This document shows positions 37,232-47,429 of a stretch of 64,000 bases of DNA, piece after piece. The translations under genes were made by a program, and so were the position numbers. The DNA is from an uncultured Gammaproteobacteria bacterium (lineage in GTDB: Bacteria; Patescibacteriota; Microgenomatia; UBA10105; UBA927): contig CAZNKB010000005.1 in NCBI GenBank assembly GCA_964573695.1, positions 46,012 through 110,011 of the forward strand, in the 5' to 3' direction. Every line of letters starts with the position of its first letter. The stretch's first letter is position 1. The notes beneath the pieces are model-generated. The model saw nothing but the letters and a program-made list of their open reading frames with translations, did no database searches and was not told where the DNA came from.

Positions 37232-38053
37232 TTATGGTGTAGGCGTTGCCGTAGGTTTTGCGGTTGGCTTGGATGTCGCCTTGGGAGTGGCAGACGGTGT
37301 TGCGTCCTGATCCGCGGATGTCGTTGGTGTGGCCGTCACCGCTGCCCCGGTGATATTCCCAAGATCCAGGATGCGGGAAGCGCTGATTCGGTTTTCCGAC
37401 TTCGGGACCAATGTGCCGACGATGTGTACGGTATCACCAACGGCTATTTTTGAGAATCCGCCCTTCACGATGCCCCCTGTGGCGGTCCAGGAGGTCGCTT
37501 TGGTAGTTTTTTCGATATCCACGGTGACACTTCGGCCTTCGGACGTGTTGACCGTGAGCGAGAATTCCGCTTCATCGACATCAGCGACTACGCCGGACAG
37601 GCGGGTTGTCAGGGTCGTGCTTTCGATGAATATGTATTGTGCCTTGAGTAAATCAAGTGCTTCGTCATAGGTTCCGAAAACAGTTACTGTGTCTTTTGCT
37701 TCCAGTTTTTCCAGATCCAGACTCGTCCGTTTGCCGGAGATAATTTGAGACACAGAGACATCGTCAGTAAGCTCGATTTTTATATCCTTGGTCTTGGTTT
37801 CTACGGTTGCAGAGGTGAGAGAAACAGTCTTCACGGTTCCATACATTGCCCGTTTGACGACGGAACGAAGCTCGGCGACCTTGGTAGCCAACCGAACTTT
37901 GAGCTCTTCAAGTTGCGCGCTTGCCGTCGCTTGAGGGGTTTTCGGTGTGGCAGACGGTGTCGCATTTGTTGCCGCGAAAACTGGAGAACCCTGCAGGAGA
38001 ATCAAGGCAAGGATGCTCACTGTCACACCTGTTTGTATATGTATTTTTTGCAT
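37232..38053 (-). CDS. Secreted hypothetical protein with a Thr/Pro-rich C-terminal tail
   Basis: Signal peptide (VSILALILLQGSPVFAA). TPxATP low-complexity tail. Confidence 0.45.
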   Translation of the reverse strand: MQKIHIQTGVTVSILALILLQGSPVFAATNATPSATPKTPQATASAQLEELKVRLATKVAELRSVVKRAMYGTVKTVSLTSATVETKTKDIKIELTDDVSVSQIISGKRTSLDLEKLEAKDTVTVFGTYDEALDLLKAQYIFIESTTLTTRLSGVVADVDEAEFSLTVNTSEGRSVTVDIEKTTKATSWTATGGIVKGGFSKIAVGDTVHIVGTLVPKSENRISASRILDLGNITGAAVTATPTTSADQDATPSATPKATSKPTAKPTATPTP

Positions 38054-38059
38054 AAGTAT

Positions 38060-38515
38060 TTAAAAGTCTTCCGGCGTATAGTACACAATAACTGACTGCG
38101 TTTGGACACTAGCACCCGAATAGCTGGTTACCCGTATTTCGTTTTTTCCTTCCCCGAGAGAAATTTTCCCGGCGTAGGCTCCTTCTGCATTTGCGACGAC
38201 GACGTTTTCGGTTCCTTCGCCTTCTATAACGATAATTGCATTTGCCGGGGAAGCGCCGGAAATGAGTGATTCGTTTTTCGGTTCTATAGCTTCGGGCAAG
38301 GGGCTTTGGATATTGAGAATTTCATTTGGTTTGGGTGTGGGTGTGGGTTTTACCGTTCCCGATTTGGACGAAAACTTACTTATCAGGGAAGAAAAATCAG
38401 GCAAGCGCAAAGGAGGAAAATTTTTAAATATCGTAGGTCCCAAAAAAACAAGCGCGGCGATAATAAGCCCCACTCCGAATCCGATAACGGTTGCCAATAA
38501 TGCATCCTTGTTCAT
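38060..38515 (-). CDS. Hypothetical membrane-anchored protein
   Basis: N-terminal TM segment, a PTPTPKP linker and a beta-rich C-terminal domain. Confidence 0.4.
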   Translation of the reverse strand: MNKDALLATVIGFGVGLIIAALVFLGPTIFKNFPPLRLPDFSSLISKFSSKSGTVKPTPTPKPNEILNIQSPLPEAIEPKNESLISGASPANAIIVIEGEGTENVVVANAEGAYAGKISLGEGKNEIRVTSYSGASVQTQSVIVYYTPEDF

Positions 38516-38650
38516 ACTGTGTGAGATATCCTATGTATTAAAAATAATATCAAATATGTTGGGCAGGGGAACCAGCCTCGACTCATAGCGTTGTTGGCGC
38601 GAGGCGGGTGTTGCTTAGGATACTTAAATCTGATATAAAATGCAACTACT

Positions 38651-39286
38651 ATGGAAATACTTCCTTTGGGTCATGCTTCTTTTAAATTTCGAGGAAAACA
38701 GGCAACTGTTGTAACAGATCCCTTTGATGAAAAGGCAGTGGGGATTAAATTCCCAAAGCATACGGACGCCGATATCGTCACTATTTCTCACGGACACGCC
38801 GATCACAATGCGGTAGCAGCCGTGGGCGGGAATCCCTTCGTCGTTTTTGGGGCAGGCGAGTATGAGATAAAAGGCGTATCGATCATCGGAGTAAGCTCAT
38901 TTCATGACGAGACGGCGGGGGCTGATCGGGGAAAAAACACGATGTATCGTATTGAAATAGACGGAGTTCGCGCGCTTCATCTGGGAGATTTGGGACATGT
39001 GTTGTCATCTGCGCAGGTGGATCAGGTTGACGGTATTGACGTGTTGTTTGTGCCAGTCGGTGGGACATATACAATCGATGCAGAAAAAGCAGCGCAGGTA
39101 ATATCCGATTTGGAGCCTCGCATAGTCATCCCCATGCATTACGGAACGGATACGCACAACAAAAATCTTGATCCTGTTTCTGTTTTTTTGAAAAAAATGA
39201 GCAAAGAATCTGTTGTTCCCATGGCTAAATTGACCGTAAGCCGCGATAAACTACCTGCCGAAATGCAAGTCGTCGTACTTGAGTAA
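38651..39286 (+). CDS. MBL-fold metal-dependent hydrolase (UPF0173-like)
   Basis: HxHxDH motif (ISHGHADH) and downstream His/Asp ligands. Confidence 0.75.
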   Translation: MEILPLGHASFKFRGKQATVVTDPFDEKAVGIKFPKHTDADIVTISHGHADHNAVAAVGGNPFVVFGAGEYEIKGVSIIGVSSFHDETAGADRGKNTMYRIEIDGVRALHLGDLGHVLSSAQVDQVDGIDVLFVPVGGTYTIDAEKAAQVISDLEPRIVIPMHYGTDTHNKNLDPVSVFLKKMSKESVVPMAKLTVSRDKLPAEMQVVVLE

Positions 39287-39289
39287 ACC

Positions 39290-40639
39290 ATGACGAGCCC
39301 CAAAGTTCCTCCGCACGATAACGTCGCCGAACAGTCGGTGTTGGGAGCAATCCTTATCGACAAAGATACCATGGTCGATGTTGCGGAGTTTTTACGCCCC
39401 CAACATTTCTATTCGCCTATGCATGGGATGATTTTTCAGGCAATGATCGATTTGTACGAAGCGCATGAGCCGATCGACGTCGTTACCATGGCGGCTCAGC
39501 TCAAGACGAAAGGTACGCTCAAAGATGTCGGTGGGACGGCATATCTTTCTGATTTAGTGAATGTGGTGCCGACGAGTGCTCACGCACAGCAATATGCGCG
39601 CATCATCACCGAGCATGCGACAAAACGCAGACTTGTGGAAGCTGCGGCAAAAATTACCGAAATGGCCTTCCGCGAAGAAGGAAATGCACAGGCGATCGTC
39701 AACGATGCAGAGTCAGAAATTTTTGCAATTGCCCAGACCACTACACGGCGAGATTTTATGCCGATAAAGGATGCGCTGGCTTCATCGTTTGACCGTTTGG
39801 ATGAGCTGCATAAACGGGCCGGTGGACTCCGAGGGGTGCCGACTGGATTCAATGAAGTGGATACCAAGCTTGCGGGTATGCAGGACGCGAACCTTATAAT
39901 TTTGGCGGCACGCCCCGGAACCGGGAAAACAGCAATGATTTTAAATATTGCCCAGCACGTGACAGTGAAGGAAAAAATTCCCACCGGAATTTTCTCGCTC
40001 GAAATGAGTAAAGAGGAGCTTGTGGATCGTTTGCTGGTATCCCAGGCGGATATCGACGCATGGAGGCTAAAAACCGGCAAGCTTACCGACGATGATTTTA
40101 CCAAGTTGTCGGACGCCATGGGTGAACTGGCGGAAGCTCCTCTTTATATCGATGATACGCCGGGAATGAACATCATTGAGATGCGCACGAAAGCCAGGCG
40201 TCTTCAGGTGGAACATGGGGTCAAGCTCATCGTCGTCGATTATTTGCAATTGTGTGATCCCGGCCGCAAATTCGATAATCGGGTACAGGAGGTGTCTATT
40301 ATTTCTCAAAGCCTTAAAAACCTCGCACGTGAACTGCGGATTCCGGTGTTGGCGTGTTCACAGCTCTCCCGGGCGGTCGAGTCGCGGGGTACAAGAATTC
40401 CGGAGCTTTCTGATCTTCGTGAGTCAGGCTCGATCGAACAGGATGCGGACGTCGTGATGTTTTTGTATCGGGAGGAGGGGGATCAGGCCATGTGGGGAGA
40501 TCAGATCCAAACCAAACTTCGCATTGCCAAGCACAGAAACGGCCCCTTAGGCGAAATAGACCTTATTTTCCGAGGAGATCGTATCCGGTTTTATTCCGTG
40601 GAGCGAAAACACACCGAAGCACCTCCTGCAGTTCACTAA
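39290..40639 (+). CDS. dnaB: Replicative DNA helicase DnaB
   Basis: N-terminal DnaB domain. Walker A GARPGTGKT. RecA-like C-terminal domain. Confidence 0.95.
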   Translation: MTSPKVPPHDNVAEQSVLGAILIDKDTMVDVAEFLRPQHFYSPMHGMIFQAMIDLYEAHEPIDVVTMAAQLKTKGTLKDVGGTAYLSDLVNVVPTSAHAQQYARIITEHATKRRLVEAAAKITEMAFREEGNAQAIVNDAESEIFAIAQTTTRRDFMPIKDALASSFDRLDELHKRAGGLRGVPTGFNEVDTKLAGMQDANLIILAARPGTGKTAMILNIAQHVTVKEKIPTGIFSLEMSKEELVDRLLVSQADIDAWRLKTGKLTDDDFTKLSDAMGELAEAPLYIDDTPGMNIIEMRTKARRLQVEHGVKLIVVDYLQLCDPGRKFDNRVQEVSIISQSLKNLARELRIPVLACSQLSRAVESRGTRIPELSDLRESGSIEQDADVVMFLYREEGDQAMWGDQIQTKLRIAKHRNGPLGEIDLIFRGDRIRFYSVERKHTEAPPAVH

Positions 40640-40680
40640 ATGTTACTGCGTCTATTCGTATTTTGGGTTATAATACTTTC

Positions 40681-40824
40681 ATTGATAAACGATTATTGCC
40701 GAGGTGGCACTGCGGTCGTTGCCGCAGCACAACAGGATATTGATAAACGATTATTGCCGAGGTGGCACTGCGGTCGTTGCCGCAGCACAACAGGATATTG
40801 ATAAACGATTATTGCCGAGGTGGC
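40681..40824. repeat. 58-bp tandem repeat, two full copies plus a partial third that is the real tRNA 5' end
   Basis: Copies at 40681-40738 and 40739-40796 are identical by eye. Each unit is 17 bp of upstream sequence, then GCCGAGGTGGC (tRNA positions 1-11), then a 30-nt hairpin segment (CTGCGGtcgttgCCGCAG). Confidence 0.8.
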
Positions 40825-40901
40825 GGAATGGCAGACGCTCAGGTCTCAAAAACCTGTGAGGTTAACCCCTCGTGGAGGTTCGACTCCTCTCCTCGGCACC
40901 A
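40814..40901 (+). tRNA. tRNA-Leu (anticodon CAA), class II with a long variable arm and encoded CCA
   Basis: 7-bp acceptor stem (GCCGAGG/CCTCGGC). 3-bp D stem. Anticodon stem CAGGT/ACCTG with loop CTCAAAA. T arm GGAGGTTCGACTCCTCT. Discriminator A followed by CCA. Confidence 0.85.
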
Positions 40902-40927
40902 AGGTGTTATGATATAGTGAAGCATAT

Positions 40928-41881
40928 ATGAAACTATCCAAACTCTACAGACTTGCCGTTGATATGGGCATCGCTTCGGACCCGCGAGGGAAAGAAGGGA
41001 TAAATAAGCTTCTTGCCCGCCGAAAAAAAGAATTCGATGAGCTTCCGAAATCCAAGCAGGCAGAATATGATCCCGAGGATTTAGTTAACCCATATTCGGA
41101 TTCACGCATTTTTTGGGGAGAGCCGGATCTCGAGGTGGATTCGATTATGGCGGGTATCGATATCAATGCGGCAGAAGTTTTGCTTGCCGACCGCCTGAAC
41201 CAGAAAGGTGAGAGTATCGATCTTTTGCTTACCCATCACCCGGAGGGCGCCTCGCTTGCATCATTGCATGAAGTCATGGATGTCCAGGCGGATATCTGGG
41301 CAGATTATGGTGTCCCTATTAATATCGCCGAGGGAGTCATGAGAGAGAGAATCCTTGAAGTACAGCGAAGGTTTAGTCCGGTAAACCACGCGGAAGCCAT
41401 TGACGCCGCCAAATTACTCGGGCTGGCGTTTATGGGTATGCATACCGTGACGGATAATCTCGTGCATCAGTACATGGAGCGTTTATTCCAAAAAGCAGCT
41501 CCGGATACCGTAGGAGAAGTTCTTGATATCCTCAAAAAAGAACCGGAATATCAGGAGGCCATGAAAGGCAAAGCAGGGCCTATGATTTTTGCGGGAGACC
41601 CAAAGAATCGCGCAGGTAAAGTTGCTCCGATCGAATTTACGGGAGGAACCGAACCCTCACACATTATCTACGAAAAGTTAGCTATGGCAGGAGTAGGGAC
41701 GGTGATCGGTATGCACGCAGGGGAGGAGCATCGGAAAGAAGCACTTAAATACCACATCAATTTAGTGATCGCGGGGCACATGAGTTCGGATAGTTTGGGT
41801 ATGAACCTTCTTTTGGATGCGTTCGAGAAAGAAGGGATAAAAATTCTTCCGTGTTCCGGACTTATCCGGGTTGTAAGATAA
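40928..41881 (+). CDS. NIF3/YqfO-family dinuclear-metal-centre protein (tentative)
   Basis: LLLTHHPEG and VIAGHMSSD His clusters are consistent with NIF3-type metal sites. Confidence 0.45.
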   Translation: MKLSKLYRLAVDMGIASDPRGKEGINKLLARRKKEFDELPKSKQAEYDPEDLVNPYSDSRIFWGEPDLEVDSIMAGIDINAAEVLLADRLNQKGESIDLLLTHHPEGASLASLHEVMDVQADIWADYGVPINIAEGVMRERILEVQRRFSPVNHAEAIDAAKLLGLAFMGMHTVTDNLVHQYMERLFQKAAPDTVGEVLDILKKEPEYQEAMKGKAGPMIFAGDPKNRAGKVAPIEFTGGTEPSHIIYEKLAMAGVGTVIGMHAGEEHRKEALKYHINLVIAGHMSSDSLGMNLLLDAFEKEGIKILPCSGLIRVVR

Positions 41882-41889
41882 CGCGAGTA

Positions 41890-42363
41890 TTAGGCAAGAA
41901 GAAATACAAAAAATACCACGGTAGCAACCTGCGTGACGACTCCCAGGGGCAATTGGGCCTTCGCATGAAATACGTTAGGTATTTTATAGAATGCATAACT
42001 TACTTTTTCCAACACACCGGCATTTTTGAGCGGAGCATGTTTATTCTGATGGGCATAGAAGATATACCAGGGGGTTTCAAGCCAGTCAGGTATTATGGCT
42101 GCCATAACGGTCGTTGCCCAAAGCACGAGTGGCAAGTGCTGGCCGAAAAAATAATACGATAATGCTATTCCTACGATAGTTTCGGCAATGGCAAAAAATC
42201 CAGTTGTTTTTTTTGCGCGGGATCTCCAGTTTGTTCCGAAGTCCCAGTGTGGAATGCTATCCATGATAAAGTGCGATGCAAGCGCCATGATTCCAGCGAC
42301 ACCCGGATCGGAAAATCGCGATGCTAAAGCGCCTGCCACAAGTGCGTGAGCGGTTGCAGTCAT
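41890..42363 (-). CDS. Hypothetical membrane protein (YdjM-like metal-dependent hydrolase fold, tentative)
   Basis: N-terminal MTATAHALVAGALA and His-rich TM helices. Confidence 0.35.
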   Translation of the reverse strand: MTATAHALVAGALASRFSDPGVAGIMALASHFIMDSIPHWDFGTNWRSRAKKTTGFFAIAETIVGIALSYYFFGQHLPLVLWATTVMAAIIPDWLETPWYIFYAHQNKHAPLKNAGVLEKVSYAFYKIPNVFHAKAQLPLGVVTQVATVVFFVFLLA

Positions 42364-42421
42364 GTTTCTATTGTATGATAAGATGATTTATGTTGCAAAG
42401 CGTGAAGACCTTCTGTCGTAT

Positions 42422-43726
42422 ATGAAAGTCACACAAATTACCCAAAAAATGGATCCGGTACTCGACGTTTTGAAGAACCGATTGTTTACAAGGCTTTGGA
42501 TCGGACAGATGACCAGCCAGCTCGCAAGCAACATGCTGATATTCATGCTGGCACTCCTTATGTATCACAAAACGGGGAGCAATGTCGCTGTTTCCGGATT
42601 ATTTCTTTCCTATGGGTTGCCTTCGCTTCTCTTCGGCGTTATGGTTGGCACTATTGTCGATCGGCTGGACCGCCGAGCAGTGCTTTTAGTCGCACATGTC
42701 ACGCGGGCGCTTCTGGTGTTTGCGGTGCTGGTTGTTAGTGAGCGAATTTCCGCTGTGTACCTTATTGTTTTTGCATACGCCGTAATCAATCAGCTCACCA
42801 CACCTTCTGAAGTCCCGCTTATTCCGCAGTTTGTTCCGAAGAGTCATTTGGTGAGTGCAAATAGCCTTTTTTCATTTACGTTTTATAGTAGTATGGCTAT
42901 TGGTCTGATTTCGGCAGGACCCGTACTCCGTTTTTTGGGCCGTGACGGCTCACATATACTGATATTTTCCCTCTACATTATTGCTGCGGTATCGGTTTTT
43001 GGCATTCCTCCGCAGGGAGAGGGGATCAAATCGCTTCGCCGAGTATTCCAGTATGATTTTTTCTATATCGTCAAGCGGTTTTTGGCCAATATGCAAATGG
43101 GCGTACAATATGTGGCCAAATCCCGAGTGCTTCGCGATGCAGTGGTGTTGCTTACCGGCACCCAAATCATGCTTGTATTGCTTGGTACTTTAGGGCCCGG
43201 GTTTGCAGATACCGTGCTCAAGATTGATGTGCGGGATGCGTCGCTTCTTATCGTGGGGCCGACAATCGTGGGTATTTTGAGTGGTTCACTTTGGGTGGGG
43301 AACCGGGGATATAAATACTCCTCCCATAGTCTTATGAATATTGGAGTGCTTTCCGCAGGTGTCATATTGATTTCGACGGCTCTGTTGTTCGGGGCCGCAA
43401 ACACAGTGTGGTTTGCTCTGTTGCCGCGACCTCTTGTGTTGACTGTTGCTCTGGCGCTCTTTTTTTTCCTCGGGGTGGCCAACAGCCTGCTTGATGTACC
43501 CAGCAATACTATACTTCAGAGAGAAGCAGAAGGCGATATGCGGGGGAGAGTGTATGGGATTCTTTCGGCTTCAGTTGGGGGAGCAGGAATACTCCCCGTG
43601 GTCATAAGCGGAGTACTCGCAGACCTTATCGGGGTTGGGCAGGTTATTTTTTTGCTTGGTCTCGTGGTAACATTATATGCGGCTTACCGTTTGTTAGTGG
43701 AGCGCAAAAAATACGAAATGACGTAA
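42422..43726 (+). CDS. MFS transporter
   Basis: Twelve TM helices and an MFS signature-like loop (GTIVDRLDRR). Start at MKVTQ (42422). Confidence 0.8.
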   Translation: MKVTQITQKMDPVLDVLKNRLFTRLWIGQMTSQLASNMLIFMLALLMYHKTGSNVAVSGLFLSYGLPSLLFGVMVGTIVDRLDRRAVLLVAHVTRALLVFAVLVVSERISAVYLIVFAYAVINQLTTPSEVPLIPQFVPKSHLVSANSLFSFTFYSSMAIGLISAGPVLRFLGRDGSHILIFSLYIIAAVSVFGIPPQGEGIKSLRRVFQYDFFYIVKRFLANMQMGVQYVAKSRVLRDAVVLLTGTQIMLVLLGTLGPGFADTVLKIDVRDASLLIVGPTIVGILSGSLWVGNRGYKYSSHSLMNIGVLSAGVILISTALLFGAANTVWFALLPRPLVLTVALALFFFLGVANSLLDVPSNTILQREAEGDMRGRVYGILSASVGGAGILPVVISGVLADLIGVGQVIFLLGLVVTLYAAYRLLVERKKYEMT

Positions 43727-43736
43727 TGAATTTGCT

Positions 43737-44579
43737 ATGATACCCACTCTTATCCCAATCGAGCACGGCGGCATCATTGTGTTCAATTGTTTTATCATCG
43801 TTGCTTGGCTTGTTTTTTCGTTTCTTTTTTGGCGCGGGTTGCGCGCTGTGGCGGTTGAAGAGGACCGGATTTTTGATCTGACGTTTTATGCAACTATGGT
43901 GGCATTTGTCGCTTCCCGGTTTGGTTTTGTGGTGTCTCATTGGGAATTGTTCAGCGGAAAATCCCCACTCCTGATCGTGGCGCTATGGGTATCTCCAGGA
44001 CTTTCGTGGGTTTCGGCTTTGATTGGCGGGCTGCTCGCGTGTGTTTTTTTGAGCCGACAATATAAAATCCGTTTGGGGCATGTGCTGGATACTCTGGCGG
44101 CTGCTCTGCCGCTTCCTGTTATTTTGGGGAAGGCGGGCTCATTGCTTACGGGTATTGAATCCGGCGTGCGAACGACTATCCCATGGATACAACGGGACGG
44201 TGCGAGCCTTGTCGTAGAGCACCCGGTACAGCTTTACGAAATGCTTGTTTTGGTCATTATTAGTATTGTTGTGCTCAGGTTAGGCCAAGTATCGGTGGTC
44301 AAAAAATGGCCGTATGGCATCGTGGGTATATGGTTTCTCCTTTTATACGCAACGGGCGGGTTTGCGCTTGAATTCTTGAAAGATTCTCGTGTATACTGGA
44401 GTACGTTAACCGCCAATCAATGGATGTTGATTGGCATTTTTGCTGAATGCGTCGGCGTATTGTACGTTCGGGGCGGAGGAAGGGAGCGCTTACGGCCATT
44501 TGCACATAAAACGATCGCGTTTATACAGGAGAAAGGAAAAAAGTTTCATGAATCAATTTCCAAAAGACACCCTCATTGA
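43737..44579 (+). CDS. lgt: Prolipoprotein diacylglyceryl transferase (Lgt-like)
   Basis: Polytopic membrane protein with an Lgt signature-like HPVQLYEM. Confidence 0.65.
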   Translation: MIPTLIPIEHGGIIVFNCFIIVAWLVFSFLFWRGLRAVAVEEDRIFDLTFYATMVAFVASRFGFVVSHWELFSGKSPLLIVALWVSPGLSWVSALIGGLLACVFLSRQYKIRLGHVLDTLAAALPLPVILGKAGSLLTGIESGVRTTIPWIQRDGASLVVEHPVQLYEMLVLVIISIVVLRLGQVSVVKKWPYGIVGIWFLLLYATGGFALEFLKDSRVYWSTLTANQWMLIGIFAECVGVLYVRGGGRERLRPFAHKTIAFIQEKGKKFHESISKRHPH

Positions 44580-44910
44580 CATAAAGACGCACTTGGACGA
44601 AGAAAAATCCCGGTTACTTTCCCGTATTTCGGAACTTAGCGTGCAGGATCCGTTTAGTGATCCGGACAGATCGAATGATAACGCAGCCAGTGACACCGAA
44701 GCCAGTGAAGAAAGTAATCACGATCGTGTATCGGCACTTGTCGCTGAGCTTAAGGTGCAGGCGGATGAAGTGGAAGCGGCACTTCAGAAGATTACCGACG
44801 GCACCTATGGATTTTGTGTGGAATGCAAAGATATGATAGATACCGATCGGTTGGCGATACATCCCACAGCTACCATGTGTCTTTCCTGCGAGTCCAAGAA
44901 AAAAAAGTGA
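44548..44910 (+). CDS. DksA/TraR-family C4 zinc-finger protein
   Basis: Coiled-coil N-terminus and CVECKDMIDTDRLAIHPTATMCLSC. SD AGGAGAAAGG upstream of the ATG at 44548. Overlaps the lgt 3' end. Confidence 0.75.
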   Translation: MNQFPKDTLIDIKTHLDEEKSRLLSRISELSVQDPFSDPDRSNDNAASDTEASEESNHDRVSALVAELKVQADEVEAALQKITDGTYGFCVECKDMIDTDRLAIHPTATMCLSCESKKKK

Positions 44911-44953
44911 CCAATTCCTTATGGTCTCCCAAGGCGAGCCGAAGGGCCTTTTT

Positions 44954-45667
44954 ATGACGTTAGATATCCCCATACTTTACGAAGACGAAAGTTTTATCGT
45001 CATAAATAAGCCTCCTGGTATTGTGGTAAACAGAGCTGATTCAGTGAAAGAAGAAACTGTGCAGGACTGGGCGGAGCCGCGAGTGCTTACTCATGGAGCG
45101 AATCCAGTAAACGAGGAAGAAAAGGTTTTTTTTGATCGGGCCGGGATAGTGCATCGGATCGACAAAGAAACTTCAGGATGTCTTATTATCGCCAAGCATC
45201 CAAACGAATTTATGGATATGCAGCGGCAATTTAAAGAGCGGACAGTCAAAAAAACATATCTGGCAATCGCACATGGCAAAATACTTCCCGAGGCGGGAGA
45301 AATACACGCGCCTGTTGGCAGGCTGCCTTGGAATCGCGAACGGTTCGGTATTCTGCCTGGCGGCAAGGACGCCGTGACCAAATATCAGGTAGTACGATAT
45401 GCACATACCCATGACGAGGATATTTCACTCGTCTCCTTGTTTCCCGAAACCGGACGGACGCATCAGATACGGGTACATCTTAAGTACCTCAATCACCCCA
45501 TAATAGGAGACTGGCAATACGCCGGACGAAAAACCGCCAGGGCTGATAGGCTATGGGCGCCGAGGGTTATGTTGCATGCGTGGAAAGTTTCATTTATCCA
45601 TTCCGTGAGTCACCAAGAACTTGCAATTGAAGCGCCGGTGCCGGATGATATGAAGAGTATCATCTAA
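44954..45667 (+). CDS. rluA: RluA-family pseudouridine synthase
   Basis: Catalytic motif HRIDKETSGCLIIAK. Start at MTLDIP (44954). Confidence 0.85.
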   Translation: MTLDIPILYEDESFIVINKPPGIVVNRADSVKEETVQDWAEPRVLTHGANPVNEEEKVFFDRAGIVHRIDKETSGCLIIAKHPNEFMDMQRQFKERTVKKTYLAIAHGKILPEAGEIHAPVGRLPWNRERFGILPGGKDAVTKYQVVRYAHTHDEDISLVSLFPETGRTHQIRVHLKYLNHPIIGDWQYAGRKTARADRLWAPRVMLHAWKVSFIHSVSHQELAIEAPVPDDMKSII

Positions 45668-45674
45668 TGCACTC

Positions 45675-47420
45675 ATGTCTCATTCGCTTTCCCTCATAAC
45701 CACCTTTCTTATGCTTCTTGCAGCCGCTCTCGCGGGAGGATCTTTGGCGGTTCGCCTGAGACTTCCTTCGATTGTAGGTTATATTGCAGGAGGAATTCTC
45801 ATCGGGAATGTATTCTCAAAAGTTTTTGACCACCAGCTCATCTCAATCATCGCGGAGGCGGGTGTGACGCTTTTGCTGTTTACGCTAGGGGTGGAATTTT
45901 CGTTCCACCGGCTTAAGCGAATTCTTCACGCTATCGCCTGGCCGGCAATTGCCCAAATGGTCATAACACTTCTCGTTGTGCTTTTGTCTCTTATAGCGCT
46001 TAAGATGTCATTTATCCCTGCATTGTTTCTCTCCTGCGCCGCGGCTCTTTCCTCAACGGCTATTGTGGTTAAGTTGCTCTCCGAGCGGGGAGAACTCGAT
46101 TCTGTTCCGGGAGAGTTGGCTACGGGTTGGCTTGTCGTACAGGATTTGGCTGTGGTGCCTATTCTTATCCTGCTCTCGGCTGTTGCCGGTGTGAGTGCGG
46201 GGTCAGGCTCTGTTATCCCCGTTATGGGTACGATTGTTGTCGCTATGCTCAAAGCCGGCGTGCTCATTCTGCTCGTGTTGTACTTGGGGAGCAAGGGGGT
46301 ACCGGCACTCTTAAGTACTGTTGCGGGATTTCGGAATCGTGAATTTTTCTTGTTGACTACGATTGGTATCGTGTTTTTTGTTGGATTACTTACCTATGCC
46401 GCCGGACTGTCTGTTTCTTTGGGGGCATTTTTGGCCGGCTTATTGGTGGCGGAATCCAGTCAGAATCATGCAGTATTTTCGGAAATACGGCCGCTTCGGG
46501 ATTTGTTTGCCGTTGTGTTTTTTGTCTCACTTGGTTTGTCTTTGCCTATAAGCACACTAATTGAGTCGTTTCCTGCAATCCTTGTTATGACTCTTTCCGT
46601 GGTGTTTATCAAAGGGGGTAGTATTTTCGGATTACTTCGGTTTTTGGGATATCATCGGAAAACAGCTTTTTTGGTCGGGATGTATCTTATACAGATAAGT
46701 GAATTCGGGTTTGTCATCGCAGGCACTGGGATAGCTTTGGGAGCGCTTTCAGAAAACCAATCCGCCATGCTTGTCGCAGTGACGTTTATCACAATTTTAT
46801 TGTCCAGCCCGCTTATTAGTCGTGCACATGAGGTGTATTATTCGGTTCATTCGTTTATGAAACGGTTTCCTAAGTTGTTTCCGGAGTCGACTGTTTTAGA
46901 TATATCAGGGCCGCAAAATGAAGGCAAAACCTCGGACGGGTATCCAATCCGTGACCACGTAGTTATTTGCGGATATGGCAGAGTCGGCAAATACATAGGG
47001 CGGGCGCTTGAGATGAGCAGCATTCCATTTCTTGTCATTGATTATAACCAGCACACGCTCTCCGGTCTTCGGGGAGCAGGGATTCAAACGGTGTATGGTG
47101 ATCCCGCTGATAAGGAGGTGCTGGATTTTGCACAGGTTGACTATGCGAAGTCGCTTATTATCGCCATTCCCGACAGGCACACGCAGGAAATGGTCATTGG
47201 CAATGCGCTTTCCCTCAATAGAAGAATAAAAATTATTTGCCGCACTCACCACGAAGAAGATCAGCGTCGGCTCAAATCACTTGGAGTGCAAACGCTTGTG
47301 CAACCCGAGTTTGAAGCAGCGCTTACTATCGTCACAAAATTATTAACTGATTTCGATATCCCGGCCGAGGAAATTGCCGGTCGCATGAGCCGGCTCAAAA
47401 TTGAACACGGAATAGGGTAA
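45675..47420 (+). CDS. CPA2 cation:proton antiporter with a C-terminal RCK/TrkA-N domain (KefC-like)
   Basis: About 12 TM helices followed by a Rossmann motif ICGYGRVG. Confidence 0.85.
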   Translation: MSHSLSLITTFLMLLAAALAGGSLAVRLRLPSIVGYIAGGILIGNVFSKVFDHQLISIIAEAGVTLLLFTLGVEFSFHRLKRILHAIAWPAIAQMVITLLVVLLSLIALKMSFIPALFLSCAAALSSTAIVVKLLSERGELDSVPGELATGWLVVQDLAVVPILILLSAVAGVSAGSGSVIPVMGTIVVAMLKAGVLILLVLYLGSKGVPALLSTVAGFRNREFFLLTTIGIVFFVGLLTYAAGLSVSLGAFLAGLLVAESSQNHAVFSEIRPLRDLFAVVFFVSLGLSLPISTLIESFPAILVMTLSVVFIKGGSIFGLLRFLGYHRKTAFLVGMYLIQISEFGFVIAGTGIALGALSENQSAMLVAVTFITILLSSPLISRAHEVYYSVHSFMKRFPKLFPESTVLDISGPQNEGKTSDGYPIRDHVVICGYGRVGKYIGRALEMSSIPFLVIDYNQHTLSGLRGAGIQTVYGDPADKEVLDFAQVDYAKSLIIAIPDRHTQEMVIGNALSLNRRIKIICRTHHEEDQRRLKSLGVQTLVQPEFEAALTIVTKLLTDFDIPAEEIAGRMSRLKIEHGIG

Positions 47421-47429
47421 AATAGTCGG

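Noticed and set aside
40640-40930. CRISPR array or IS element at the tandem-repeat locus
   Set aside because: Units are contiguous 58-bp copies with no unique spacers and no cas genes. They contain a tRNA 5' fragment rather than CRISPR-like palindromic repeats separated by spacers.
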